From Candidatus Pacearchaeota archaeon (lineage in GTDB: Archaea; Nanobdellota; Nanobdellia; Pacearchaeales; GW2011-AR1): a stretch of 64,000 nucleotides of DNA. Each line of letters opens with the position of its first letter. The stretch's first letter is position 1. A program made the position numbers and the translations under genes. This document shows, piece by piece, positions 48,585 to 58,440 of the stretch. The DNA is taken from the NCBI GenBank assembly GCA_038740375.1, contig JAVYLW010000006.1, positions 4,516 to 68,515 of the forward strand, read 5' to 3'. The notes below the pieces were generated by a model, which worked only from the letters and a program-made list of their open reading frames with translations, had not been told where the DNA came from and searched no databases.

Positions 48585-49502
48585 ATGCATAATTTAAAAA
48601 TTGAAGAAAAAATAAAGGAAAAAATAATTGAAGAAAGAATAGGTTTTCCAAAAGATTTTAAAGGAGACCCTGAAATAAAAATAGACAAATTATCAGAAGG
48701 CATTATTTTTGTGGATTTATCAAAAAAAATAGCAAATCATTTTGAAACAATTGATATTTCTCAAAAAATATTAGATAAATTACTAAAATATTCAGGATTA
48801 AATGATAGAAAAAAAAGTTACGTAATGAATTTTGATATATTAAAAAACTATGATGATATGCTAAATCCAAAATTAGAGAGTTATTCAAAAAATAGAGAGA
48901 TATATGTCAAATTATGCAAAAGATTAAATATTATATATAAAGCAGATATTACTTCAAAATTTGAAGATAACGAAGTTAAAAAATTTGAATTTTGTTATGA
49001 AATTCCTCTAATAACAGCTCATAATTTTTTTTTAAAAACTAATAAAAAATTTGATAAAATTGAAGTATTAAGAAGTCCTATTGTTATTTCAGAAAAAGCT
49101 GAAAATACTGTTGAAAAATATTCCTCTCTTTCTTTAGAAGTATTAAATATATTACTTGAACCTTATAATACTGAAAGAATAAGAATAGAAATTTCTAAAA
49201 AAAATAAAGAAATTAGACCTATATCAGAAAGTGAATTTATGAATATTTACAACAGAAGATTATACGAACAAAGAAGCTTTGTACTATCTTTAACTAAAGT
49301 TTTTTTACTAGAAGAAAAAAAACAAAAAAATTCACTTGAATTTACTTCTGATGATATAATTGCATTAAGAACTGATGAAGAAAATTACAAAGAAGTTAAT
49401 AAAGGAATTTTTTCAATAAGAAAAAAAGGATTAAAAACAACAGTCGAATATTTTAAAAGTCCTTGTTTTAATTTTGAAAATTTTTTAAAAGGTTATTTTT
49501 AA
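48585..49502 (+). CDS. Hypothetical protein (305 aa)
   Basis: Long Lys/Glu-rich ORF; no recognisable motif. Confidence 0.6.
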   Translation: MHNLKIEEKIKEKIIEERIGFPKDFKGDPEIKIDKLSEGIIFVDLSKKIANHFETIDISQKILDKLLKYSGLNDRKKSYVMNFDILKNYDDMLNPKLESYSKNREIYVKLCKRLNIIYKADITSKFEDNEVKKFEFCYEIPLITAHNFFLKTNKKFDKIEVLRSPIVISEKAENTVEKYSSLSLEVLNILLEPYNTERIRIEISKKNKEIRPISESEFMNIYNRRLYEQRSFVLSLTKVFLLEEKKQKNSLEFTSDDIIALRTDEENYKEVNKGIFSIRKKGLKTTVEYFKSPCFNFENFLKGYF

Positions 49503-49509
49503 AATTTTT

Positions 49510-50049
49510 TCACAAATATAATTTATATATATAAAGTTCTTCAAAAAAAATTTTTTGTTTCTTTAAAAGTATTAATTTAAATCCATATTCTTTTGCTTTT
49601 GATTTTATTATTTTAGGTTTTGATACACTTGAAAATAATAATAAAATAAATCCCTTTTTATTTAAATAATATCTTGCTTGTCTTAAAAATTTAATTATTA
49701 ATTCATAACCTTCTTTTCCTCCTGAAACATCTAAATTTTTATCAAACCTGTTCTCTGGAAGATAAGGTGGATTAAAAATTATTACATCAAATTTTTTATT
49801 TTTATTAATTTTAGAAAATAAGTTTGAATTTATTGCTTTAAAACCTTTTTTTCTTAAATTTTTCACTGAATCTTGATTTATATCAACAGTTAATATATCA
49901 TTAAATCCAAGATTTTTGCAAGTTTCTGCTTGTATTCCAGAACCGGAACCCATATCTAAAATTTTTATTTTTTTTCCTAGATTTTTAAGAACTTTTTCTA
50001 ATATACTTGATAATAAATAAGAGTCTTCTGCAGGTTCGTAAATTTCCAT
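49510..50049 (-). CDS. HemK2/PrmC-like N5-glutamine methyltransferase
   Basis: YEPAEDSYLL, LDMGSGSG SAM motif, FNPPY. Confidence 0.92.
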   Translation of the reverse strand: MEIYEPAEDSYLLSSILEKVLKNLGKKIKILDMGSGSGIQAETCKNLGFNDILTVDINQDSVKNLRKKGFKAINSNLFSKINKNKKFDVIIFNPPYLPENRFDKNLDVSGGKEGYELIIKFLRQARYYLNKKGFILLLFSSVSKPKIIKSKAKEYGFKLILLKKQKIFFEELYIYKLYL

Positions 50050-50103
50050 CTCATCTAAATAAATTAATTTAAAATATTAGTATAATAAAATTTAAATTCA
50101 TTT

Positions 50104-50700
50104 CTAAGAAAAAAAATTTACTATCTGTTCCTTAAATTTTATAACTAAAATTAAAGCTCCTATTAATAACAATAATATTATAAGTAAAAGTATTTCTTTA
50201 ATATAACTTTGTTTTTTTGGCAAATCTTGCTTACTAAATGAAGTAGTATTTGAACTGGTAACTGATTGAAATTGTCCGAATTGTTCTGCTGGTTTTTGAA
50301 TCTGAACTTCCTGAATTATTTGTTTTTCTGGAACTATTTTATTAACAGACAATGCTGGAGAAATTGTTTTTTTCTGAACAGGAACTTGAACTGAAGAGTA
50401 TTTAGGAGAAGTATAATCAGGCGGAGTTATTTTAGGTATATCAGGTATAGGATTCTGTAAAGGTTCTTTTTTTGAAATCAAAGGTTTTTTTAAAAACCAA
50501 GACTTTTTACTAGGCATAACTAACGATTCCCCGTTTTTTTCTCTATAATTTGAAATGATTCCTCTGCTAATAAATTGTGAAGCTTCTTCTACATCTTTCT
50601 GATTATATCCTGAATTAATAGCAGTAGCCATAGCACTTTCTAATGATTCTCCACGAGAAATTGCATTTTTCAAAGAAGTTAATATATCTTCATTTACCAT
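50104..50700 (-). CDS. C-terminally anchored protein with an N-terminal three-helix domain and a Pro/Gln-rich linker
   Basis: NAISRGESLE...SGYNQKDVEEA; PQ/PV-rich middle; one C-terminal TM helix. Confidence 0.7.
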   Translation of the reverse strand: MVNEDILTSLKNAISRGESLESAMATAINSGYNQKDVEEASQFISRGIISNYREKNGESLVMPSKKSWFLKKPLISKKEPLQNPIPDIPKITPPDYTSPKYSSVQVPVQKKTISPALSVNKIVPEKQIIQEVQIQKPAEQFGQFQSVTSSNTTSFSKQDLPKKQSYIKEILLLIILLLLIGALILVIKFKEQIVNFFS

Positions 50701-50722
50701 ATTATTTATACACTTTTTTTAT

Positions 50723-52057
50723 TTATAAATTTAAATATTGTTTATCGTTTAATAAGAACACATTTTTTCTGAATTTATATCCAAGTTCTTCTGCAAGTTC
50801 TACCATTGGTTTAATCTTGCTGTGATTTCCATGTGCAGGTATGATTATTTCAGGAGAGATCATATTAATAAAATCTCTTAAATCTTCTCTTGCTGCATGA
50901 CCTGAAACATGAACATTGTTGAATAATCTTACTCCTCTTTTTCTAAGTCTGTAATCTAACTTTGATCTATTTTCAATATTAATTTCTGTTGGAATAACAG
51001 AAGAAGAAAATACAACATGATCATTTTTTTGAAATTGAAATGGTAACTTGTTTTTTGAAAGTCTATCTAGTATACTTCCAGGTTCTCCTTGATGTCCTGT
51101 ACAAACAACCATATACTCTCCTCTTGCAGAATTAATTTGTTTTAATTTTTTTTCTAATTTTTTCCTAAAACTAAACATTTCTATATCATCTTTAAAAGGG
51201 CATAAATCAACTCTTATAGCTGCTCCAACATATTTATTCAAACTTCTACCTAAAAAAACTATCTTTCTACCGAGTTTTTTTCCAAATTCAGATATAGATT
51301 TCAATCTTGCTATATGTGATGAAAAAGTTGTCACAATTAATCCTGAGTTATCCTTGCTTGTAGACAACAAAACATCTTCAAGCATAGTTTTTGCCACTTT
51401 TTCACTTGCAGTTTTCCTTTCATCACCAGAATACAAAGAATCTACAATAACAGCTTTTACACCTTCTTTTGCTATTTCTTTTAATTTTTCATAATTTGGC
51501 TTTTTTCCTAAAACAGGATTATCGTCTAACTTAAAATCGTTTGCATATAATATAACTCCTTTATTTGTATGTAAAGCTAAGATAGAGGTTTGTAAAGTTG
51601 AATGAGTAATATTAATAAAATCTACTCTATATTTTTTATTTTTACCTTGAACATTGCAAAAAGAATTTGGTTGTACTGTTTTTAGTCTATTTCTTAAAAA
51701 AACATTTTCATCTCTTAACAATGTATTCAAAACTTCTATAGTAAAAGGAGTTCCTATAATTTCTGAATTATATCTGTAAGCTAAAAAAGGAAGTGCTCCT
51801 ATATGATCCAAATGAGCATGACTTGGTATTATTGCTCTTACTTTTTGTCTTAATCCAAAATCATCTAATATTTCATCTGATGGTACAGCTCCTATCTGTC
51901 TTAACCTTTTTTCATTATATACTTTTTCTGTTTCTTCTAATTCGACAATTGGTGGCAAAAATAACCCGCAATCAAAAACAATACAATCTTCTCCTAAATC
52001 GACTACAGTCATGTTTTTTCCAACTTCACTATATCCACCAACTCCAAATATTCTCAT
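50723..52057 (-). CDS. rnj: Archaeal RNase J (beta-CASP)
   Basis: GGYSEVGKNMT, HAHLDHIG, THS, NDFKLD, TTFSSHIARL, TGHQGEP, HVSGH, PAHG. Confidence 0.94.
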   Translation of the reverse strand: MRIFGVGGYSEVGKNMTVVDLGEDCIVFDCGLFLPPIVELEETEKVYNEKRLRQIGAVPSDEILDDFGLRQKVRAIIPSHAHLDHIGALPFLAYRYNSEIIGTPFTIEVLNTLLRDENVFLRNRLKTVQPNSFCNVQGKNKKYRVDFINITHSTLQTSILALHTNKGVILYANDFKLDDNPVLGKKPNYEKLKEIAKEGVKAVIVDSLYSGDERKTASEKVAKTMLEDVLLSTSKDNSGLIVTTFSSHIARLKSISEFGKKLGRKIVFLGRSLNKYVGAAIRVDLCPFKDDIEMFSFRKKLEKKLKQINSARGEYMVVCTGHQGEPGSILDRLSKNKLPFQFQKNDHVVFSSSVIPTEINIENRSKLDYRLRKRGVRLFNNVHVSGHAAREDLRDFINMISPEIIIPAHGNHSKIKPMVELAEELGYKFRKNVFLLNDKQYLNL

Positions 52058-52157
52058 TATATTGTAATTTTCCTCTTTTTATATCAAATACTAGACAAAT
52101 CAATTTAAATAAGTTTTGGAAATATATGAATCTATACTTGTAGATTTATTTAAAGTA

Positions 52158-53162
52158 TCAAAATTTTTTTTCTTTTTTAATATATTTTTCATACTCTATC
52201 AAAATTAGATTAGAAAGTTGACTTGCTATATTTAAACCAATTTTATAATATTCTTTGTCTGTTTCTATGCTGTGATTAATTTTGCAAGATATAAAATCAT
52301 AAAAAGCTGAAATCATTCTCCATAATCCTTCATTGATTACATTTTCTTTTTTCAAAAAATTTCTAAAGTGTTCGTCTTTTTCTTTTATAACTTCATTTTT
52401 TTCGCTTGCAATTCTTAATGATATTTCTTTAATTAAACCCATTAATGCCTGCCTAATATAACCTCCAAACATAGCAAAATCATTTTTAGTTTCTGCTTCA
52501 TAATATCTCTCTTCTAGCTTCTTAAATGCTATTGAAAGCCCTTCGGATAATTCTAAATTTTTTATCTTTTCAATTACTGATTTTATATCTTCTTTAGAAA
52601 GTTCAACATCGTAAATATTAGATATTAATTCTGCTTTTTTAATTTCTAATTTTCTAATTATTTCTTTTCTAAGTTCATAATTGATAGAAACCTCTTCATT
52701 AGAATAATAATTCTCTCTTAATTTAAAATGACTTTTAGGTAAAAATCTATATAGATCAAGAACATTTACTCTTAATAACTCTATTTCTTTAGCTTCAAAA
52801 TTAGTATCATTAATTAAATAATTCAATCTTGCCAAACATTTATTAAATAAAGAATAATATTCTTTAAAATATATTTGACGAATTCCTCTTAATTTATTTA
52901 AATTTTTTTCTAAATATTCAAAAGCTTTTTTAATTTCTTTTATCCTAATTAAAAACTCAAATCCTAAATAAGAAAAATTAGGATTATCATAATTTAATAT
53001 AATATTTGTTATGATTGTTTCCTTACCTTTTTTATCATAGTATATATTCAAAAGAGTTTTGATATTTTTTAAAGGAATTTTATAGATTTCATTTTCTTTA
53101 TAGGTTTCATATTCTTCTGCACGAAGTATTGATTCAATAGTTTCTTTTAAATCCATTTTCAC
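52158..53162 (-). CDS. Hypothetical protein; C-terminal region resembles Abi-C/HEPN-like helical domains
   Basis: ISIAF-type helix followed by YIRQALMGLIKEI...NHS. The resemblance is by eye only. Confidence 0.5.
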   Translation of the reverse strand: MKMDLKETIESILRAEEYETYKENEIYKIPLKNIKTLLNIYYDKKGKETIITNIILNYDNPNFSYLGFEFLIRIKEIKKAFEYLEKNLNKLRGIRQIYFKEYYSLFNKCLARLNYLINDTNFEAKEIELLRVNVLDLYRFLPKSHFKLRENYYSNEEVSINYELRKEIIRKLEIKKAELISNIYDVELSKEDIKSVIEKIKNLELSEGLSIAFKKLEERYYEAETKNDFAMFGGYIRQALMGLIKEISLRIASEKNEVIKEKDEHFRNFLKKENVINEGLWRMISAFYDFISCKINHSIETDKEYYKIGLNIASQLSNLILIEYEKYIKKEKKF

Positions 53163-53335
53163 CTCTTATATTTATATTATATTTGAATTTAAAATTTTAT
53201 GTAATTTTTTATATAATACTGTTATTATAAAAAACTTTAATAAATTATAAAAAGTAAAATAATTTGAATAGTATGAAGATTAAGAGTGTATTATAATATA
53301 AAATATATCAAAAAATTTAAAAAAAGGCAAGAAAA

Positions 53336-53683
53336 ATGTATATAAAAAAAAATAAAAGAATAAAAAAAATTAAAATTGAATCAAATTGGAAATTATTGAT
53401 TATAATAATGATACTTTTAATAATATTAATTTTTTTAATTTTTAAAATTATGAATAATTCTAATAAAAAAAGCATAAAAAAAGAATCTTTAAATGAATTT
53501 GAATGTTTATCTGATAGTGATTGTGTAGCTTCCGAATGTTGTCATGCTAAATCTTGTGTAAATAAAAATTTTAGACCTAATTGCAGTAATGTCGTTTGTA
53601 CTATGGACTGCTCAGGCCCTCTTGATTGTGGACAAGGATATTGCGTTTGTATTAATAATAAATGTTCTATTTTTAGAGAATAA
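53336..53683 (+). CDS. Membrane-anchored small Cys-rich protein (candidate protease inhibitor)
   Basis: N-terminal TM helix; ECLSDSDCVASECCHAKSC...CSNVVCTMDC...CVCINNKC. Confidence 0.7.
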   Translation: MYIKKNKRIKKIKIESNWKLLIIIMILLIILIFLIFKIMNNSNKKSIKKESLNEFECLSDSDCVASECCHAKSCVNKNFRPNCSNVVCTMDCSGPLDCGQGYCVCINNKCSIFRE

Positions 53684-53684
53684 G

Positions 53685-56600
53685 ATGATAAAAAAAGAGG
53701 TGAAAGTAATGACAATTTTATTTTTATTATTTATATTGTTATTTATAATTTTAAAATTATCTTTTATATGTGCAAAAAACGATAATTATAAAGATAAAAT
53801 AAAATCTGAAGTTTATGAAAAACTAAAACATAATAATAAAACAAGAGTAGTAATAGAGTTTAATAATTTAAATATGAGTTATAATAAAAATGAAATCGAA
53901 AAAAAGATTGATATTAAAAAAATAAAGCGAATTCTTAAAAATAGTTTATCTGTTGAAATTGAAAGCTCTGATCTAGATAAATTAAAAAATTTAGAAATTA
54001 TAAAAGAAATAAAAGAGGATAGAATAATAAGTTATTTTTTACAAGATTCAATTCCTTTAATTAATGCAAGCTCTGTATGGAATATAAGAGTAAATGAATT
54101 AAATTTAACTGGAATTGATGAAACTATATGTATATTAGACACAGGAATTAACTTTTCTCATCCAGATTTAAAAGGAAAAAATAAAACTTGCAATATAGAT
54201 TGTGTTTATGAGAATTGTATTGAAAATTGTTCTATGAATGATGACAATGGTCATGGAACTCATGTTGCAGGAATTGCTGCGGCATATGGAAATATCAGTG
54301 GAGTTGCTATACAATCAGAAATTATTGGAGTTAAGGTATTAAATTCAAATGGAATAGGATATGGAAGTGATTTGAATGCAGGAATAGAGTGGTGTATAGA
54401 TCATTCTTCTGAATATAATATTTCTGTGATATCTATGAGTTTAGGAGATTGTTCTAATCATTCAACTTATTGTAATGATGATGAATCTGCTCCTTATATT
54501 AATGAAGCTGTGGCAAAAAATATTAGTGTAATTGTTGCTGCTGGAAACGGTCCTGGAGGAAGTTGTACTGGAATTACTAACACTCAAGGACCTTCTGCTC
54601 CTGCTTGTGTAGAAAATGCAACTGCCGTTGGAGCAGTAGACGATTATGACAATATTTTTTATCAAAGAGGAACCTTATTTGAACTACTAGCTCCTGGAAT
54701 TTCAATAAACTCAACTAAAAAAAATGGGCTATATGAAATTAGAAGTGGAACTTCTATGGCAGCTCCACATGTTGCTGGTGCAGTAGCTATATTAAAACAG
54801 TTTTACAGATTACAAAATAATAAAAATCTTACTCCTTCATTAATCAAACTCGTTCTTAATTCGAGCGGTAAAAAAATTAATGATTCAAGTGGAACTGGAC
54901 TTATTTTTTCAAGAATAAATATTCTTGATTCTATAATCTCTCTTGATTCTGTTGCTCCTAATGTAAATCTAATAAGTCCTGAAAACAACAGTATAAATTA
55001 TTCAAAAAACCCTGTTTTTTCTTGCAATGCAACAGATAGTATTGGATTATCTCAAATTTCCTTGTATATATGGGATTTGAATGGAAATTTAGTCTATAAT
55101 AACATAAGCAATATAAGTGGAAATAATAATTTTACGCAGTTTACAAATGCTAATTTAATCAACGGAAAATATTTATGGAATTGCAAAGCAACTGATTTAA
55201 ATGGAAATCAAGCTTTTTCTTTAAATAATTTTTCAATAAATATATCATTACCTATTTGGGGGATAATTAATTCTATATTTACCACTTTAAGTAATGGTAG
55301 TGAAACTACATCTGAGAGAGTAATTAACCTTAAAACATATTATGATTTTGCTTCAACAATAGAACATGACAGGCAGATTTCAAATGAGGAATGGAATATA
55401 AACAGAAATGAGGCTAATTCGAATAATACAGACAATAATTTTACATATTTTTTAGGTTATAAATGGAAAGGAGCTTCTTCAGGAAATTCAGAAATTTCTA
55501 TATTTTTTGCAGATAATGGAACTACATATCATGTCCGGGGAGATGATATAAATAATGACACTTTTTTAGAACTTTCTAAGTGGTTGTATGAAAATAATGG
55601 AATTGGGTGTATAAGTAATCCTGCTAAAATTGGAAATTCTGTAAATTGGAGTGAAGATGGAATAAATAACGAGACTATATTTCCATGTGTAGAAATATTA
55701 AATAAACATTACTATCATTGGAATGATTACTGGAATTGTTCTAATAATTCTGGTTGTAACACCTATGAAAATCCAAGTCCTGGTTTTTCTAACTGGAATG
55801 GTTCTGTCAAAAACGCATTAGATAAAGGATTGCATCTTGGTTTTGTAGGAGGATGGGAACATTATGAATCTTTAGCAATTCCTAACGTATACATAGGTAT
55901 TGTAAATGTTGAAAATTGGACAAGGTCAGGAGTAATTGATGCTATTAAAAAAAGACATACATGGGCAAGTCAAGATAAAATAATTATGAAAGTTAATTCT
56001 AGTAATGGCTCTAATTCATTTGTGATGGGAGATAAATTTTATCATCCTTATAATAATTTATATATTAGTTTTGATATTACTGCATCAGAAGGAAAGCTTA
56101 TTAAGAATATAAGTTTATTTTATGATGGAATCATAATAAATTTTACCCAACATTCTTCTTCAAATGTTCAAGGAACATTTTTTATTAATTTTTCTGACAA
56201 TAAAGAACATTATATTTTTATTGAAGCTGTACAAAATGATAGTTCAAGGGCATGGAGTAGTCCTATGTATGTAACTTCTGGACTAAATAATTTCGTATAT
56301 ATAAAAAATCTTAATAATTACTCAATTAATAGCACATCTGTTATTATAAACTGGACAACTGATGAACCTACGAATGCTTCTATTAATTATGGAACAACAA
56401 TAAATTTAGGAACCATAGTAGGAAACTCAACTTTATCAACAATTCACTCATTCATTTTAAATAATCTTAATTCAAATACAAATTATTATTATAATGTAAC
56501 GAGTTGTAATTCTTATTCAAATTGTAGTACAGATGGAATATATAGTTTTATAACTTCTTCTACAGATTCTACAGATGTCAGAGAATATTCTATTAGCGGA

Positions 56601-57254
56601 GCGAGTAGTGAAGGAGGATCAGGAGGAATTTCTGAAAAAAGTAATACTTCAAATGTATATGTTCTAACTGATAAAGATTTAATGTTAGGATTTACAAAAA
56701 AATTAAGTAAAGGTGATATCATTAAATTTAAATTAAATGATGAAATATATTACAACCTTATAGTAAACGAAATAAACGAAACATTTATAAAAATAACTAT
56801 AAAAAATAAAATAAAAAATCTGAAATTATTAATAGGTGAAGAATATAAATTAAATATCAGTTCTTCAGAAAATTATGATTTATTTTTAAGACTTAATTCT
56901 ATTGAAAAACAAAAAGCAAACTTAACTTTGAGAAGTATAAATGAATATGTAAACAAAATACAAGATAACATTATCAATGAATCAGACAATAATGAAAATG
57001 AAGATAATAATTTCGTTGAAAGATCATCTAAAGATAAAATGAGTAATAATCAAATGATTTATATTTTTTCTATTGGATTTATTTCTATATTAATAATTCT
57101 TCTTATGATTATTATAATTTTTTTTATAATTCAAATTAGAGATAAAAAAGATAACTTAAAAGAACAAAAGATTAATGAATATAAGAATATTTTTAAAAAA
57201 CATATAAAACCAAATGAAAAAAATTTAAGATATTTGAAATATAGAAAAAAATAA
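53685..57254 (+). CDS. Modular S8 subtilisin-like serine protease (prodomain, S8, Ig-like, degenerate PHP, Fn3, C-terminal TM)
   Basis: ILDTG, HGTHVAG and GTSMAAPH triad motifs, oxyanion AAGN. Probable start is ATG 53685 (MIKKEVK...), since the track start 53589 overlaps the upstream gene. Confidence 0.92.
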   Translation: MIKKEVKVMTILFLLFILLFIILKLSFICAKNDNYKDKIKSEVYEKLKHNNKTRVVIEFNNLNMSYNKNEIEKKIDIKKIKRILKNSLSVEIESSDLDKLKNLEIIKEIKEDRIISYFLQDSIPLINASSVWNIRVNELNLTGIDETICILDTGINFSHPDLKGKNKTCNIDCVYENCIENCSMNDDNGHGTHVAGIAAAYGNISGVAIQSEIIGVKVLNSNGIGYGSDLNAGIEWCIDHSSEYNISVISMSLGDCSNHSTYCNDDESAPYINEAVAKNISVIVAAGNGPGGSCTGITNTQGPSAPACVENATAVGAVDDYDNIFYQRGTLFELLAPGISINSTKKNGLYEIRSGTSMAAPHVAGAVAILKQFYRLQNNKNLTPSLIKLVLNSSGKKINDSSGTGLIFSRINILDSIISLDSVAPNVNLISPENNSINYSKNPVFSCNATDSIGLSQISLYIWDLNGNLVYNNISNISGNNNFTQFTNANLINGKYLWNCKATDLNGNQAFSLNNFSINISLPIWGIINSIFTTLSNGSETTSERVINLKTYYDFASTIEHDRQISNEEWNINRNEANSNNTDNNFTYFLGYKWKGASSGNSEISIFFADNGTTYHVRGDDINNDTFLELSKWLYENNGIGCISNPAKIGNSVNWSEDGINNETIFPCVEILNKHYYHWNDYWNCSNNSGCNTYENPSPGFSNWNGSVKNALDKGLHLGFVGGWEHYESLAIPNVYIGIVNVENWTRSGVIDAIKKRHTWASQDKIIMKVNSSNGSNSFVMGDKFYHPYNNLYISFDITASEGKLIKNISLFYDGIIINFTQHSSSNVQGTFFINFSDNKEHYIFIEAVQNDSSRAWSSPMYVTSGLNNFVYIKNLNNYSINSTSVIINWTTDEPTNASINYGTTINLGTIVGNSTLSTIHSFILNNLNSNTNYYYNVTSCNSYSNCSTDGIYSFITSSTDSTDVREYSISGASSEGGSGGISEKSNTSNVYVLTDKDLMLGFTKKLSKGDIIKFKLNDEIYYNLIVNEINETFIKITIKNKIKNLKLLIGEEYKLNISSSENYDLFLRLNSIEKQKANLTLRSINEYVNKIQDNIINESDNNENEDNNFVERSSKDKMSNNQMIYIFSIGFISILIILLMIIIIFFIIQIRDKKDNLKEQKINEYKNIFKKHIKPNEKNLRYLKYRKK

Positions 57255-57255
57255 G

Positions 57256-57537
57256 ATGAAAATGCTTAAACCTTCACATAGAGAAAAAAAAAGATATTTA
57301 CTTATAGCTGGAAAAGACGCTAATAAAAATAACATAAATGAAGCAATAATAGATTTTGTTGGAATTTTAGGTTATGCTCAAGCTTCACCACACTTAATAA
57401 AATCTAGTTCTGGAAAAATAGTTTTGTCTATTAACCGTTCAGAGTTGGATAAAGTAAGAACAAGTTTTTTAATAGGTAAAAAAGATATTAAAATTGTTAA
57501 AGTAAGTGGAAGTATTAAAAAATTAAAATTAAATTAG
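57256..57537 (+). CDS. rnp2: RNase P protein component Pop5/Rpp14
   Basis: LKPSHREKKRYLLI and C-terminal VSGSIKKL; position upstream of psmA. Confidence 0.88.
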   Translation: MKMLKPSHREKKRYLLIAGKDANKNNINEAIIDFVGILGYAQASPHLIKSSSGKIVLSINRSELDKVRTSFLIGKKDIKIVKVSGSIKKLKLN

Positions 57538-57553
57538 TAGCAAGTACCTATAT

Positions 57554-58078
57554 TTATGTAAAATATTTATCATGATAATTTAAAAGAGTTTTTGTTTTTA
57601 ATCCTATTATAACAGGATACTCAAGTAAAGAACCTGGAATCGTAGAATTATTTATTAATTCACTGATATAATCCTGTTCATCAAAAAGTTTTTTGGGATT
57701 TCCATCAAATATATATTTTAAAGGTTCGTAAATAATTTTTTGACCTTCTACTCTAAATTTTCTCCATCCATGACTAATAAATGTCGCATCACCGCTATAA
57801 TAATATACGTCTTCGTATCCATATTTTTTGCCAGATGAATCCTCTCTATTATCAATCAGAAGAACTGTAATCGGCAAAAGTAAACGAGTTAAATTATCAG
57901 TATCTTCATCAATTTCAACACAATTTAAACGAAGTTCTAAAGTTCTTTTTACTTTATCAAAAGAAGTTGGTAAATTAATTTCAGCAGTATAAAGCCAATT
58001 TTGAATACATTTTTCTTTAATATTATTAACTACTCCTTTATTTTCTTTAAAAATCAATGTCTCAAATACTGTTGACAT
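57554..58078 (-). CDS. Hypothetical protein, inverted within the superoperon
   Basis: 174-aa ORF; no motif recognised. Confidence 0.6.
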   Translation of the reverse strand: MSTVFETLIFKENKGVVNNIKEKCIQNWLYTAEINLPTSFDKVKRTLELRLNCVEIDEDTDNLTRLLLPITVLLIDNREDSSGKKYGYEDVYYYSGDATFISHGWRKFRVEGQKIIYEPLKYIFDGNPKKLFDEQDYISELINNSTIPGSLLEYPVIIGLKTKTLLNYHDKYFT

Positions 58079-58440
58079 TGTAATTATTATTTTTAAATAT
58101 TATAGATGAACATAATAAATAATAAAGTATATTTAAATATTACTCTTTATTTAATTTTATTATATTTTTATTAACCTATTTTATTTAAAACAATATCGAT
58201 ATCATCAGTCAATTATTTTAATTAATAACAATATTTATATTATAAGGAATAGTTTTTATAACCAATTTTAAAATTTTATTTTAATAATCCTTTAAAAATA
58301 CTTAGAAAGTTTTTTAAACCCTGATTTGTTATAAAAGCTGTATAGATAAATGTGGAATAATAAATCCAAAGAAGAGATTCTTTTTATTATTTCTTTGGTT
58401 TATTATTAAAAACATTAAGATTATAGGAGATAAAAATAAA

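Noticed and set aside
53589-53684. Extended N-terminus of the S8 protease as given in the ORF track
   Set aside because: It overlaps the Cys-rich gene; ATG 53685 gives a normal signal/anchor sequence directly after that gene's stop.
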